Origin: Woeseiaceae bacterium
GTDB lineage: Bacteria > Pseudomonadota > Gammaproteobacteria > Steroidobacterales > Woeseiaceae
DNA: 59,994 nucleotides
Reading direction: 5' to 3'
Assembly (NCBI GenBank): GCA_050738315.1
Contig: JBOHZD010000129.1
Location: forward strand, 1 to 59,994
How positions within the stretch are numbered: position 1 is the first letter of the stretch; each line of letters begins with the position of its first letter. The position numbers and the translations under genes are program-made. This document shows, piece after piece, positions 10,834-21,376 of this stretch. The notes beneath the pieces were generated by a model, which saw only the letters and a list, made by a program, of their open reading frames with translations, was not told the DNA's origin and did no database searches.

Positions 10834-11418
10834 CTAGCAGGTCTCGTCGCCCGCGGCCGCCATGCGGGCGAGATCCCTGTCGAACACGGCACGCCAACGC
10901 TTCGGCCACCACTTCGGCTGCGGCGGCAGGCCAGCCGGATAGACGTGCGGGCCCAGTTCGTACAAGGCACGCGCATAGACGCGGCGCTTGAAATAAATCA
11001 CTTCGTTGACCGGCTTCCAGAAGTCGACCCACCGCCACCGGTCGAATTCCGGACTATCGCAGCGATCGAAGCGTACCCGCTCGTCGGCGCCGAGCAGTTT
11101 GAGCATGAACCAGCGTTGCTTCTGCCCGATGCATAACGGTTTTTTGCCGCGACGCACATACTTGTCGGGCAGTCGATATCGCAACCAGCCGCGCGTCGAA
11201 CCGAGCAATTGCACATCGAGTAAAGACAGACCGACCTCTTCATGCAGTTCGCGATACATGGCTTCCTCGGGGCTTTCTCCGATCAACACACCGCCTTGGG
11301 GAAATTGCCAGCCTTTGCTGCCGATCCGGCCGGCAAGCAGCAGCTTGCCTTCAGCATTTGCGAGGATGATGCCGACGTTCGCGCGATAGCCTTCGGAATC
11401 GATATGGTCACTGCTCAT
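10834..11418 (-). CDS. rppH: RNA pyrophosphohydrolase (NUDIX)
   Basis: GYRANVGIIL...WQFPQGGVLIGESPEEAMYRELHEEVGL contains the Nudix box and an RppH-like N-terminus. Confidence 0.9.
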   Translation of the reverse strand: MSSDHIDSEGYRANVGIILANAEGKLLLAGRIGSKGWQFPQGGVLIGESPEEAMYRELHEEVGLSLLDVQLLGSTRGWLRYRLPDKYVRRGKKPLCIGQKQRWFMLKLLGADERVRFDRCDSPEFDRWRWVDFWKPVNEVIYFKRRVYARALYELGPHVYPAGLPPQPKWWPKRWRAVFDRDLARMAAAGDETC

Positions 11419-11530
11419 AGTGGTCGATTCATTGTCCCTGATTCAGGCGGTCTGTCCAAGACACCGGTCAGGTTATGATACGGACGCATCGTCAAGGTCG
11501 GGAGCCAGGGTATTGATCGTGCGGCATCCA

Positions 11531-12505
11531 ATGTTGCTCATCGCGGGACTGGTCGCTGTTTCGTTCTGTGCAATTACCGCGGCACTGGCAACGGGTAGCG
11601 CCAACCCCGGCTTCGCCGCAACGTGGCAAACCCTGACCGGTGCCGCGCCGGAGAATATTCAGAATCTCGTGTGGAATCTTCGTTTGCCGCGCGCCTTGAC
11701 CGCATTCGGTGTCGGCGGCCTGCTCGCAGTCGCGGGCGTCCTCATGCAGGTGCTGTTGCGGAACCCGCTGGCCGAACCTTACATACTGGGGACGTCCGGC
11801 GGCGCCGCAGTCGCCGCATTGCTCGCCATGCTGCTGGGCTGGGGCAGCGGACTGGTGGATCTGGCGGCGTTCGCCGGAGCCATGGCCGCAACGCTCCTGG
11901 TGTTTTCGCTGGCTCAGGGCACCGGCAGCTGGACGCCCGCCCGGCTGTTGCTGACAGGCGTGGTGCTGGCTGCCGGATTCAGTGCAGCGACAACCCTGTT
12001 GCTGGCCTTGACGCCGGAGCAGAATCTTCGCGGCATGCTGTTCTGGTTGATGGGCGATCTCAGTTTCGCTTATACACCCGCGCGCAGCCTGTGGCTGCTG
12101 GCGAGCATTACGATTGCCGGGATACTCGCGGCTCGACACCTGAACGTGCTTGCACGAGGAGAACTGCAGGCCGCCATCGTCGGGCTGCCGGTCTTCAGCT
12201 TTCGTCTCATTATTTTCGCGGTGACTGCCGTTGCGGTCGCTATTTCCGTCACGACCGTCGGCGTGATCGGATTTATCGGGCTCGTCGTTCCGCATCTGAT
12301 TCGACTGCTCGCCGGCAGCGACCATCGCATCGTATTGCCGGCTTCAGCGCTCGCCGGCGGCAGTTTGCTGGTGGTCGCAGATACGCTTGCGAGAACCATC
12401 ATTGCGCCGCGCCAGTTGCCGGTCGGCGCACTGACCGCAGCGCTTGGCGTACCGTTGTTCCTGTTTCTGATGAGCCGCACACGCCGCGCCACCCAGCCGC
12501 CTTAA
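11531..12505 (+). CDS. FecCD-family ABC permease (BtuC/HmuU-like; cobalamin or iron-chelate import)
   Basis: About 324 aa from ATG 11531, multi-TM, with typical FecCD motifs (RLPRALTAFGVGGLLAVAGVLMQ, GFIGLVVPHLIRLL). Substrate is not determinable from sequence. Confidence 0.85.
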   Translation: MLLIAGLVAVSFCAITAALATGSANPGFAATWQTLTGAAPENIQNLVWNLRLPRALTAFGVGGLLAVAGVLMQVLLRNPLAEPYILGTSGGAAVAALLAMLLGWGSGLVDLAAFAGAMAATLLVFSLAQGTGSWTPARLLLTGVVLAAGFSAATTLLLALTPEQNLRGMLFWLMGDLSFAYTPARSLWLLASITIAGILAARHLNVLARGELQAAIVGLPVFSFRLIIFAVTAVAVAISVTTVGVIGFIGLVVPHLIRLLAGSDHRIVLPASALAGGSLLVVADTLARTIIAPRQLPVGALTAALGVPLFLFLMSRTRRATQPP

Positions 12506-12507
12506 AT

Positions 12508-13611
12508 TTACTGCTGCGAGCCGATTGCAACCCGGTCGCGCCCGGAGGACTTCGCGCGGTACAGCGCCACGTCGGCCCGCGCGAGCAGGCTCTCGCCCAG
12601 AATTTTCAGGTCGGTGTCCTCGGACCCCGGCGTGACGCTGGCAATACCGATCGACGAGGTCACGGTGACGCCCTGTCCCTCGCCGAATGCCACCGGACTT
12701 TCGCGCACGGCGAGGCGAATGCGCTCCGCCAGGCGCGCTCCGGATTCGACATCGGTATGCGGTAGCAGGAGTACGAACTCTTCACCCCCATATCGCGCCG
12801 CCACGTCGCTGGCACGCACCTGCGACTCGATACGATGTGACAGTTCCCGCAGCACGTCATCGCCTGCGGCATGACCGTAGGTGTCGTTGATCTGCTTGAA
12901 GTGATCGAGATCCAGCATCAGGCACACGAGGGTTTCGCGATCACGCCTGGAACGTGCCAGTTCTTCTGTCAGTCGCACCTGCAGGTAGCGGCGGTTATGC
13001 CACCCGGTCAGAACGTCCGTAAAGCCGCTGCGCAGCAGGCGAGCACGATTGACGGCATTCTCGAGGGCGAATGACGCAATGACGCCCAGGTGTGAGAAAA
13101 AGTCCGTGGCATGCTTCGGCGTAAAGCGCGTTGCATCCGCGCTGCCGAAATTGATGCTCCCGAGCAGCATGCGTTTGTGTGTCAGCGGCAACAGCGCGAT
13201 GCTCGCCACCCCTTCGCCGCCCTGAAAAATGAGTTCGTGATCCGATTTGCGGTAGGGACCGAGCCATGGCTTCCGCAGCGCCACGTACTGGGGCGCAAGG
13301 CCAGAGAGGGAATCCACCAACTTGAGGCCAGGCAGACTGCCGAGTTCAGTGCCCGCGGCCATCAACAGATGGCGTATGTCGTGGTCCGGATCGCAAAGAA
13401 CGACCGTTACCGTCTTCAGCTGATAGCTGCTTGCGAGTCCGACGAGCATCTGGTGGAACAGCGCCGTGAGGTCCTCCGCCTGCAGGAGGTCCAGCTCGCG
13501 CTGCTGCGACACATGCAGAATTCTGGTGTTCCTTGCAACCTCCTCGGTCAGCTTCGCGAGCTTTCTTCGCATGCCGGTGATTTCCGAAGAAAGATCTTCC
13601 CTGGTAGCCAT
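12508..13611 (-). CDS. Diguanylate cyclase with N-terminal GAF/DUF484-like sensor domain
   Basis: GGEEF active-site motif (RYGGEEFVLLL) and an RxxD-type I-site context. The N-terminal ~190 aa look GAF/DUF484-like. No TM segments. Confidence 0.85.
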   Translation of the reverse strand: MATREDLSSEITGMRRKLAKLTEEVARNTRILHVSQQRELDLLQAEDLTALFHQMLVGLASSYQLKTVTVVLCDPDHDIRHLLMAAGTELGSLPGLKLVDSLSGLAPQYVALRKPWLGPYRKSDHELIFQGGEGVASIALLPLTHKRMLLGSINFGSADATRFTPKHATDFFSHLGVIASFALENAVNRARLLRSGFTDVLTGWHNRRYLQVRLTEELARSRRDRETLVCLMLDLDHFKQINDTYGHAAGDDVLRELSHRIESQVRASDVAARYGGEEFVLLLPHTDVESGARLAERIRLAVRESPVAFGEGQGVTVTSSIGIASVTPGSEDTDLKILGESLLARADVALYRAKSSGRDRVAIGSQQ

Positions 13612-13718
13612 TTTCTACGATCCGCACTGGACTGCACCCAAACACCGCCCTTTTACCAAAAAGCGGCCGCCCCGTCGCGGTTGCGAAGCGGGCTTTGAAG
13701 TCCCGGGCGACCGACGGC

Positions 13719-14039
13719 TCAGTGGTGGCGGCAGCCGTGCCGATGGCGGTGGTGAATGCGCGGGCGATGATGCCGGTGAATTTGTACGTCCTGCCGATAC
13801 AACTGGTACAGGCGATGCCAGCCGGGATGTCGCAGGTGCCGGTAGTGACTTTGCAGGTACCAGCGCTGAAAGTCATGCTGTGCACGCAACCAGTGCGGCC
13901 AGACGGGGTGGTGAATGCCTCTCACATAGCCATCATGCACGACCAGCACCCGGCGCCCGATGTCATGCGCAAAAACATCCGGCGTGTAGGCGATGAAGGC
14001 CCCGGTCATGAACACGAACAGGTAAATGAAGCGTTTCAT
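13719..14039 (-). CDS. Small secreted histidine-rich protein
   Basis: ATG at 14039 is preceded by GGGAGA 6 nt upstream. Signal peptide MKRFIYLFVFMTGAFIAYTPDVFA. The mature 82 aa contain 19 His by my hand count and end in RIHHRHRHGCRHH. Confidence 0.55.
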   Translation of the reverse strand: MKRFIYLFVFMTGAFIAYTPDVFAHDIGRRVLVVHDGYVRGIHHPVWPHWLRAQHDFQRWYLQSHYRHLRHPGWHRLYQLYRQDVQIHRHHRPRIHHRHRHGCRHH

Positions 14040-14144
14040 GGACTGTCTCCCAGCCAGCTTGAATGGCCGCAGAGTAGCCCCGTAACCATGAACGTCGACT
14101 GAATTCAAGCCCTTGTTTTAATTAAATAGTTGAACAGGAGCTGA

Positions 14145-15368
<1,224 letters not shown>

Positions 15369-15498
15369 GAACAGCACGGACGCTCGAATGGATTCGCCGG
15401 CGCGGCGACGCTTGCGAGATGATGAACGGCCCGGGGGGGTCTGCTACTCTGCGGATGACCGCAGCCGCGGTCGTTCTTCCTGACACCCGGAGTCAGCA

Positions 15499-16197
15499 GT
15501 GAGTACTGTACGGCCTGTCGATCGCCTGCCCGTGGAGTTGCCCGAAGACCCGATGCACTGGGCCGATGCGTGGCTCAAAGAGGCGTTGTCGAATGGCGTC
15601 CAGCGCAACGCGAATTCCATGACGTTGGCAACCGTCGGCCCGGACCAGCAGCCGTCGGCAAGGATCGTCCTTTGCAAACAGTTCGTTCCCGATCCGGGTT
15701 ACCTGGTCTTCTACACCAACTACCGATCGCGCAAGTCCGTCGAAATCACGGAAAGTTCCAGGGTTGCGGCGGTCTTTCACTGGGACAGCCTGGGTCGGCA
15801 AATACGAGTGGAAGGCGTCGCCGTGCGCTCACCGGAGTCGGAGAGCGATGCCTATTTCGCAACCCGGGAATGGGGCAGTCAGTTGGGTGCCTGGGGCAGT
15901 GACCAGAGCGCACCGGTTGCCTCGCGGGAACTGCTGATCGCCCAGGTGCGGGAACGTGCCGCGAGCCTCGGCCTGGTGCTGGACGGAGATACCCGAACTC
16001 TCGCTGTGGATCCACCCCCTGCAATTCCACGGCCGTCGCACTGGGGCGGCATCAGGATTTGGGTCGCGGCAATCGAACTCTGGGCGGAAGGCACGGACAG
16101 AATCCACGATCGCGCGCTGTGGAAACGCAATCTCGTGCGAACCGGCGAGCATGATTTCGCCGGCACGCCCTGGGTCGGAACGCGACTGCAGCCCTGA
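15499..16197 (+). CDS. pdxH: Pyridoxamine 5'-phosphate oxidase
   Basis: PdxH-like core (MTLATVGPDQQPSARIVLCK, FYTNYRSRK, HW..LGRQIRVEG) and C-terminal WGG..I.P..IEFW-type motif. GTG start. Confidence 0.9.
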   Translation: MSTVRPVDRLPVELPEDPMHWADAWLKEALSNGVQRNANSMTLATVGPDQQPSARIVLCKQFVPDPGYLVFYTNYRSRKSVEITESSRVAAVFHWDSLGRQIRVEGVAVRSPESESDAYFATREWGSQLGAWGSDQSAPVASRELLIAQVRERAASLGLVLDGDTRTLAVDPPPAIPRPSHWGGIRIWVAAIELWAEGTDRIHDRALWKRNLVRTGEHDFAGTPWVGTRLQP

Positions 16198-16388
16198 TGG
16201 ACGAAAGACTCATCGATCGCAAGATACAGTGCCCATTCTGCGGGGAAGCGATCGACATCGTGCTCGACCTGTCCGCTGGCAGTCAGTCGTATATCGAGGA
16301 CTGCCACGTCTGCTGTCGACCGATCGAGATCAGTTTCGTTACGGACGACGGGCAATTGCAGACGCTCAGGGTGGACCGTGCCGGGTAG
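16197..16388 (+). CDS. CPXCG-motif cysteine-rich small protein
   Basis: 63 aa with CPFCGE ... CHVCCRPI, a zinc-ribbon-like pattern. The start overlaps the pdxH stop (TGATG). Confidence 0.75.
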   Translation: MDERLIDRKIQCPFCGEAIDIVLDLSAGSQSYIEDCHVCCRPIEISFVTDDGQLQTLRVDRAG

Positions 16389-18366
16389 CCGGAGATTCGT
16401 CGGACTGGGTCGATGTGCGTTGCTGCTGTTGCTGGCGGCAGGGAACGGACAGGCACAGGTCAGGCTTTCAGAGGGCACCAATCTGGCGGTGGATGCGTCG
16501 CCGTCCGGCGATCAGCTCGTCATGGATCTGCTGGGCAGCCTCTGGATCCTCGACGCCACTGGTGGCCGGGCCAGGATAGCCGCCGACAATCTGCAACCCG
16601 CGCTGCGTCCGCAATGGTCACCCGATGGCCAGCGGATCCTCTACCAGACGTCTTCCGCGCTCGGCAGCCAGCTCTGGGTGCTCGATGTCGCCCGTTCCGA
16701 GTCGGCAAAACTCAGCAGTGGACCCTGGTTCGACCAGCATGCGTCCTGGCATCCGGACGGCGAGCGCGTCGTATTCTCTTCGGAACGGCGCAACAGTGGA
16801 TTCGATTTGTGGGAGCAGGATCTTGCAACCGGTCTCTGCTGGCGCCTGACTCATCATCGCGGCGACGAAACAGCGCCCACCTGGTCACCGGACGGAGAAG
16901 ATCTGGCGTACATTGCCCACCGTGCCGGTCAGTGGCGCCTGGTGCTGCGCCGCCAGGGCAGCGCAGAGGTCGATCTCGTCGTTTCCGGGGAACGACTGGC
17001 GGCGCCGTCGTGGCGGCCGGACGGCAGCCTTCTGACGTTTTTGCGCCGTAATGGACAGCAGTATGCACTCGAGATGGTGATTTTGTCCGACCCGCCGGTG
17101 ATACGGTCGCTTGCCAGTGACCAGGATTTCTTCCTGGCGCCCGCGAGCTGGATCGACCGCCAGCGCTTTCTGTACACCGCCGATGGCGTGATCAGGATCC
17201 GCAACCTGAATGCCTGGAAGGCGGAGGAAGTGCCGTTCCTGGCCGACGTTGGCCGGCCCCCACCGCCCCCCCCGGCTCTGCCGGTGGCGAACGAACTGCC
17301 GGTTGTCGATGCACCGGAGCAACGACTGGTCATTCGCGCGGCACGATTGTTCGACGGCATGACGGCCGGCTATCGCGCTGACCTGGACGTGTTGATCGAC
17401 GGCGGAAAAATCGCCGCGGTCGTGCCCCGGCGGGCCTGGGACGATGCAACGGTGCTCGACGTCGGCGACACGACGATTCTTCCCGGCTTCATCGACATCT
17501 ATTCGTCGCTCCCCGACAGCGATCAACCCGCCGCCGGATTGCAACTGCTGGCATTCGGAGTGACGACGCTCGTGGCGGCGGGACCGTCGCGCGATTTCGA
17601 CCCGGACCTGTGGGAGACCGAAAGCACCCCGGGGCCGCGCTTGCTGCATTCGCGTCCGGTCAGTTATGAACCCGACGACGACATCGATGCGCGCCTTGCG
17701 CTCGTGACGGTGCCTGCGGCCGACGTCTCATTCACGGGCGACCGGGAACGGGTGGAAGTCTGGCAGCAACACGGGGTCGCGGTCCTGGCCGAAAGTCTGC
17801 GAATCGGCGTTCGCGTCGGCGCCGATCTGTTCCTCGGCGCGGAGACCTGGCCGGTCTCGCCGCTCGGCAGGCAGTACCGGGATATCGGCACGGCGTTCGC
17901 CGGAGGACCGATCACCCTGGTCTCCGGTCTGGCGGATGCCGGGACCCCGGGCTTGTCGCAGTTGCTCAAGGCGCGCCAGGCAGAGCTGATTGGCCGGAGG
18001 ATCGCGCCGGAACGCCGCTATTCCACACTGCCGGATCTCGCTGCAGACACCTCGAGAGTCGTCGTCGGCAGCCGGCCGGATGGCCTGCCTGCGGGACTCG
18101 CCCTGCATGCCGAACTCAGGGCACTGGGGGCCGCGGGCCTGAGCGGCGACCAGGTGCTCTGGGCAGCGGGCCGAAATGCGGCTGAGGCACTCGGGGTGGA
18201 GGGTCAGATCGGCCGGATTGCAGCAGGGTCGCTCGCGGACCTGGTGCTGGTCGCGGGCGATCCCAGGGAACGCATTGCGGATGCACTGCAAATCGTTGCG
18301 GTGGTCCGGAACGGACGTTTCTATAGCCTGGTCAGCCTGCTCGAGCGAGCCAAGGCTGTCGAATAA
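16378..18366 (+). CDS. Secreted TolB-like beta-propeller / amidohydrolase fusion protein
   Basis: Signal peptide. PD40-type repeats (WSPDGQRILY, WHPDGERVVF, WSPDGEDLAY, WRPDGSLLTF). Poly-Pro linker. C-terminal amidohydrolase-like region (ILPGFIDIY, AGSLADLVLVAGDP). The GTG start overlaps the preceding gene by 11 nt. Confidence 0.75.
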   Translation: MPGSRRFVGLGRCALLLLLAAGNGQAQVRLSEGTNLAVDASPSGDQLVMDLLGSLWILDATGGRARIAADNLQPALRPQWSPDGQRILYQTSSALGSQLWVLDVARSESAKLSSGPWFDQHASWHPDGERVVFSSERRNSGFDLWEQDLATGLCWRLTHHRGDETAPTWSPDGEDLAYIAHRAGQWRLVLRRQGSAEVDLVVSGERLAAPSWRPDGSLLTFLRRNGQQYALEMVILSDPPVIRSLASDQDFFLAPASWIDRQRFLYTADGVIRIRNLNAWKAEEVPFLADVGRPPPPPPALPVANELPVVDAPEQRLVIRAARLFDGMTAGYRADLDVLIDGGKIAAVVPRRAWDDATVLDVGDTTILPGFIDIYSSLPDSDQPAAGLQLLAFGVTTLVAAGPSRDFDPDLWETESTPGPRLLHSRPVSYEPDDDIDARLALVTVPAADVSFTGDRERVEVWQQHGVAVLAESLRIGVRVGADLFLGAETWPVSPLGRQYRDIGTAFAGGPITLVSGLADAGTPGLSQLLKARQAELIGRRIAPERRYSTLPDLAADTSRVVVGSRPDGLPAGLALHAELRALGAAGLSGDQVLWAAGRNAAEALGVEGQIGRIAAGSLADLVLVAGDPRERIADALQIVAVVRNGRFYSLVSLLERAKAVE

Positions 18367-18411
18367 TTTGACAACTTGCAGCGATACCGCGACCTGTCGC
18401 GGATCGGCGAC

Positions 18412-18423
18412 GGGGGAGGTCGG
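18412..18423 (+). repeat. Direct repeat copy 1 (gggggaggtcgg) flanking the AT-rich insert
   Basis: Exact 12-mer, also present at 18902-18913. It extends to acggggg(g)aggtcgg with a 1-nt G-run difference. Confidence 0.8.
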
Positions 18424-18901
18424 ACCGAATTGCCTGCCGAACCCGCCTGCGTCGGAGGATGTCCCTGCTCCAATCTAAAAATATAAGCGAATTCAACAAA
18501 TTATAAGTTTATGTTTGGCAAGTGAATCACGCGACTCCGGGATTTTGTGTCGATAAACTTTACAAACAAGGGCCAGCAGTTCAGCCCGATTTCCCATGTG
18601 TATGCGCAACCAATTGAAAAACATTGGATAATCCGCCTTTGGCATAGCTCTTGCTCTTATCTGCATGCCCAAGCGAAAGTGTAACTGGGAACGGTAAGCG
18701 GAAATTCGATACACACAGGATTTAGACGCCAGAAGAACAATAATTACAACAACAAAAAGATCCAGATCCGAATAATAATAACGATATATGTCTGTATCTG
18801 GTTACCGGGTTCAGTTACCTCTTTTAACAATAAAAAGAGTCATTAACCCCGCGGCAAATGCTGCGGGGTTTTTTATTGCGAGATAAATCGTGAGATAAAC
18901 G
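18424..18901. other. AT-rich non-coding insert between two hydrolase genes
   Basis: Conspicuously AT-rich from ~18470 to ~18900 in a GC-rich window. Bounded by the 12-nt direct repeat. The only ORF is a weak GTG-initiated 73-aa one on the minus strand. Confidence 0.5.
18847..18874 (+). terminator. Rho-independent terminator
   Basis: ccccgcggc-aaat-gctgcgggg forms a 9-bp stem (one G-U pair) with a 4-nt loop, followed by TTTTTT. Confidence 0.65.
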
Positions 18902-18913
18902 GGGGGAGGTCGG
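18902..18913 (+). repeat. Direct repeat copy 2 (gggggaggtcgg); doubles as the amidase Shine-Dalgarno
   Basis: Exact match to 18412-18423. GGAGG lies 8 nt upstream of the GTG at 18919. Confidence 0.8.
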
Positions 18914-18918
18914 GTTTC

Positions 18919-20472
18919 GTGAAGCGTCTGACGACACCGGCATGGCTCGCAGCCATGCTGCTGCTTGCGGCTTGCGCGGTAGTCGGGCAGCGGGATTTCC
19001 GTGAGTACGATATCCAGGCGTTGCAGGAATCGATGCAACGTGGCGAGGTCACTTCCCGACAGCTCGTCCAGTATTATCGCGATCGAATCGAGGCCATCGA
19101 TCGCGATGGCCCTGTCCTGCACTCGATGATCGAGCTGAATCCGGATGCGCTTGCGATCGCCGCGGCACTGGATACGGAGCGGCAGCAAGCCGGCGTTCGC
19201 GGGCCGTTGCACGGAATCCCCGTCGTGCTCAAAGGGAATATCGACACGGGCGACAGAATGGCAACCACTGCCGGATCGCTGGCACTCGAAAACCATCGGC
19301 CGCCGGACGATGCTTTCCTGGTCGAGGCACTGCGCCGGGCCGGCGCAGTCATCATCGGCAAAGCCAACTTGAGCGAATGGGCGAATTTTCGCTCGACGCA
19401 TTCCTCGAGCGGCTGGAGCAGTATCGGAGGCCAGACCAGAAATCCCTACGACCCGCGGCGCAATCCTTGCGGCTCCTCCAGCGGTTCCGCCGTCGCGGTT
19501 GCTGCGAATCTGACGGTGCTCGCCGTCGGCACCGAAACGGACGGTTCGATCGTCTGTCCCGCCGGCATCAACGGCATTGTCGGCATCAAGCCGACGCTGG
19601 GCCTCGTCAGCCGGGACGGCATCATTCCGATCGCGCACAGCCAGGACACCGCGGGGCCGATGGCGCGGACGGTTCGCGACGCGGCTTTGTTGCTCACCGC
19701 GATGGCCGTTCGAGACCCGACGGATCCGGCGGCGGCTGACCGTAACGATGCGACAATGGATTATGCGGCGGACCTCACTGTCGACTCTTTGCAAGGCAAG
19801 AGAATCGGCGTTCTGCGCACCCACTCCGGCGCCGGAGACGATCCGCGCATCGAGACGATCTTGCACGACAGCATCGAGGTGCTGCGCGAGAACGGCGCCG
19901 AGATCGTCGATCCGGTCGAAATCGATACCGAAGGCATGGGCGATGCCGAGTACGAAGTGCTGCTGTACGAATTCAAGGCCGACCTCAACCGATACCTTGC
20001 CTCGTCCAACGCGCCGCTGAAATCGCTCGAAGAAATCATCGCGTTCAACGAGGAACACGCTGACGCGGTTATGCCGTTCTTCGGCCAGGAGATCATGGAG
20101 CTGGCGCAAACCAAGGGGCCGCTGACGGAGCCGGAATATCTCGAAGCGTTTGCCACCAGCAAACGTATCGCGAGAGACGGCATCGACCATGTCATGGAGG
20201 AACACGATCTCGACGCGCTCATCGCAACGACGAACGGCCCTGCGTGGCTGACGGACTACATTTTAAGCGACCATTTCAGTGTCAGCAGCTCGTCTTTCGC
20301 GGCCGTGTCCGGTTATGCGAGCATCACGGTCCCTGCAGGTTTTATCTCCGGGCTGCCGGTGGGAATGTCCTTTATCGGCCAGGCATACAGCGAGAAAACC
20401 CTGATCAACATCGCCTACGCCTTCGAACAGGCGACCCGGATCCGCAGACCGCCGCTGTCCGATCCAGAATAA
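18919..20472 (+). CDS. Amidase-signature family lipoprotein
   Basis: Lipobox (LLLAAC). Amidase signature region GGQTRNPYD...CGSSSGSAVAVAANL. 517 aa. Confidence 0.85.
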   Translation: MKRLTTPAWLAAMLLLAACAVVGQRDFREYDIQALQESMQRGEVTSRQLVQYYRDRIEAIDRDGPVLHSMIELNPDALAIAAALDTERQQAGVRGPLHGIPVVLKGNIDTGDRMATTAGSLALENHRPPDDAFLVEALRRAGAVIIGKANLSEWANFRSTHSSSGWSSIGGQTRNPYDPRRNPCGSSSGSAVAVAANLTVLAVGTETDGSIVCPAGINGIVGIKPTLGLVSRDGIIPIAHSQDTAGPMARTVRDAALLLTAMAVRDPTDPAAADRNDATMDYAADLTVDSLQGKRIGVLRTHSGAGDDPRIETILHDSIEVLRENGAEIVDPVEIDTEGMGDAEYEVLLYEFKADLNRYLASSNAPLKSLEEIIAFNEEHADAVMPFFGQEIMELAQTKGPLTEPEYLEAFATSKRIARDGIDHVMEEHDLDALIATTNGPAWLTDYILSDHFSVSSSSFAAVSGYASITVPAGFISGLPVGMSFIGQAYSEKTLINIAYAFEQATRIRRPPLSDPE

Positions 20473-20574
20473 CCTGCGTTCCCGGCCGGTCGCGGTGAAT
20501 TGCGACCTTTGCACTGTTCTGCGGGCGACTTCCGGCGCTAAATCGATACGTCCTCGAAACGTTGTCACTGTTCC

Positions 20575-21345
20575 ATGCTGAAAGCCATCAGAATTGCATT
20601 CCTGCTGCTGATCCTGTTGTTCGTCTCGCTCGGCACCTGGCTCACGAAGGCGCGAAGCACGGACTGGAACAACAGCCTGTGGGTGAAGATTTACCCGCTC
20701 AACGGCGACGGGAGCGAAACAAGCCAGCGCTACATCGATTCGCTGGAACCCGGCGATTTCGAGAGCATCGAGACGTTTATCGCGCGCGAGACCGGCAGGT
20801 ACGGCCGCGATGTCGATCGTCCGGTGCGCATCGAACTCGGCACGCCGATCGACGAACAGCCTCCGCTGCCCGGCTCCGCGCCGAGCATCCCGCGGGTCAT
20901 GTGGTGGAGCCTTCGGTTACGCTGGTGGGCAAGCAGCGTGACCGATGCTCAGGACGACCCGCCACCCGATGTGCGCATTTTCGTGCGTTACTACGAGCCG
21001 CGGAGCGGGCTCATGCTCGACAATTCGCTCGGCCTGCAGAAAGGGATGGTCGGCATCGTCCACGCATATGCCGGCCGGCGTCACGCCGAAATCAACAATG
21101 TGGTCATTGCGCACGAGTTCCTGCACACATTGGGCGCCACCGATAAATACGACCCTGCGAATGGACTGCCGTTGTTTCCTGCCGGGTACGCGGAACCGGA
21201 TCGCGCGCCGGTTTTCCCACAGCAATACGCCGAAATCATGGGCGGGCGCATCGCGGTCTCCAAAGTTGATGCGATCGTTCCTGAAAGTCTGCGCGACGTC
21301 GTCGTCGGGCCGAGGACGGCCGAGGAGATTCGGCTGACGGATTAG
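20575..21345 (+). CDS. Membrane-anchored hypothetical protein with HExxH motif
   Basis: N-terminal TM helix (IAFLLLILLFVSLGTWL) and VIAHEFLHTLGATDKYD, a zincin-like HExxH. I recognise no family. Confidence 0.6.
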   Translation: MLKAIRIAFLLLILLFVSLGTWLTKARSTDWNNSLWVKIYPLNGDGSETSQRYIDSLEPGDFESIETFIARETGRYGRDVDRPVRIELGTPIDEQPPLPGSAPSIPRVMWWSLRLRWWASSVTDAQDDPPPDVRIFVRYYEPRSGLMLDNSLGLQKGMVGIVHAYAGRRHAEINNVVIAHEFLHTLGATDKYDPANGLPLFPAGYAEPDRAPVFPQQYAEIMGGRIAVSKVDAIVPESLRDVVVGPRTAEEIRLTD

Positions 21346-21376
21346 GGGCGCCGCCCGTTGGCTTTGCTGCTACGCT

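Noticed and set aside
17266-17273. C8 homopolymer inside the propeller-amidohydrolase gene (possible slipped-strand phase-variation tract)
   Set aside because: It simply encodes part of a poly-proline interdomain linker (PPPPPPALP). It is short for a contingency tract, and the frame is intact on both sides.
18811-20205. 464-aa ORF on the minus strand
   Set aside because: It is antisense to the amidase gene, has an Arg-rich low-information sequence, and runs into the AT-rich spacer. Shadow ORF.
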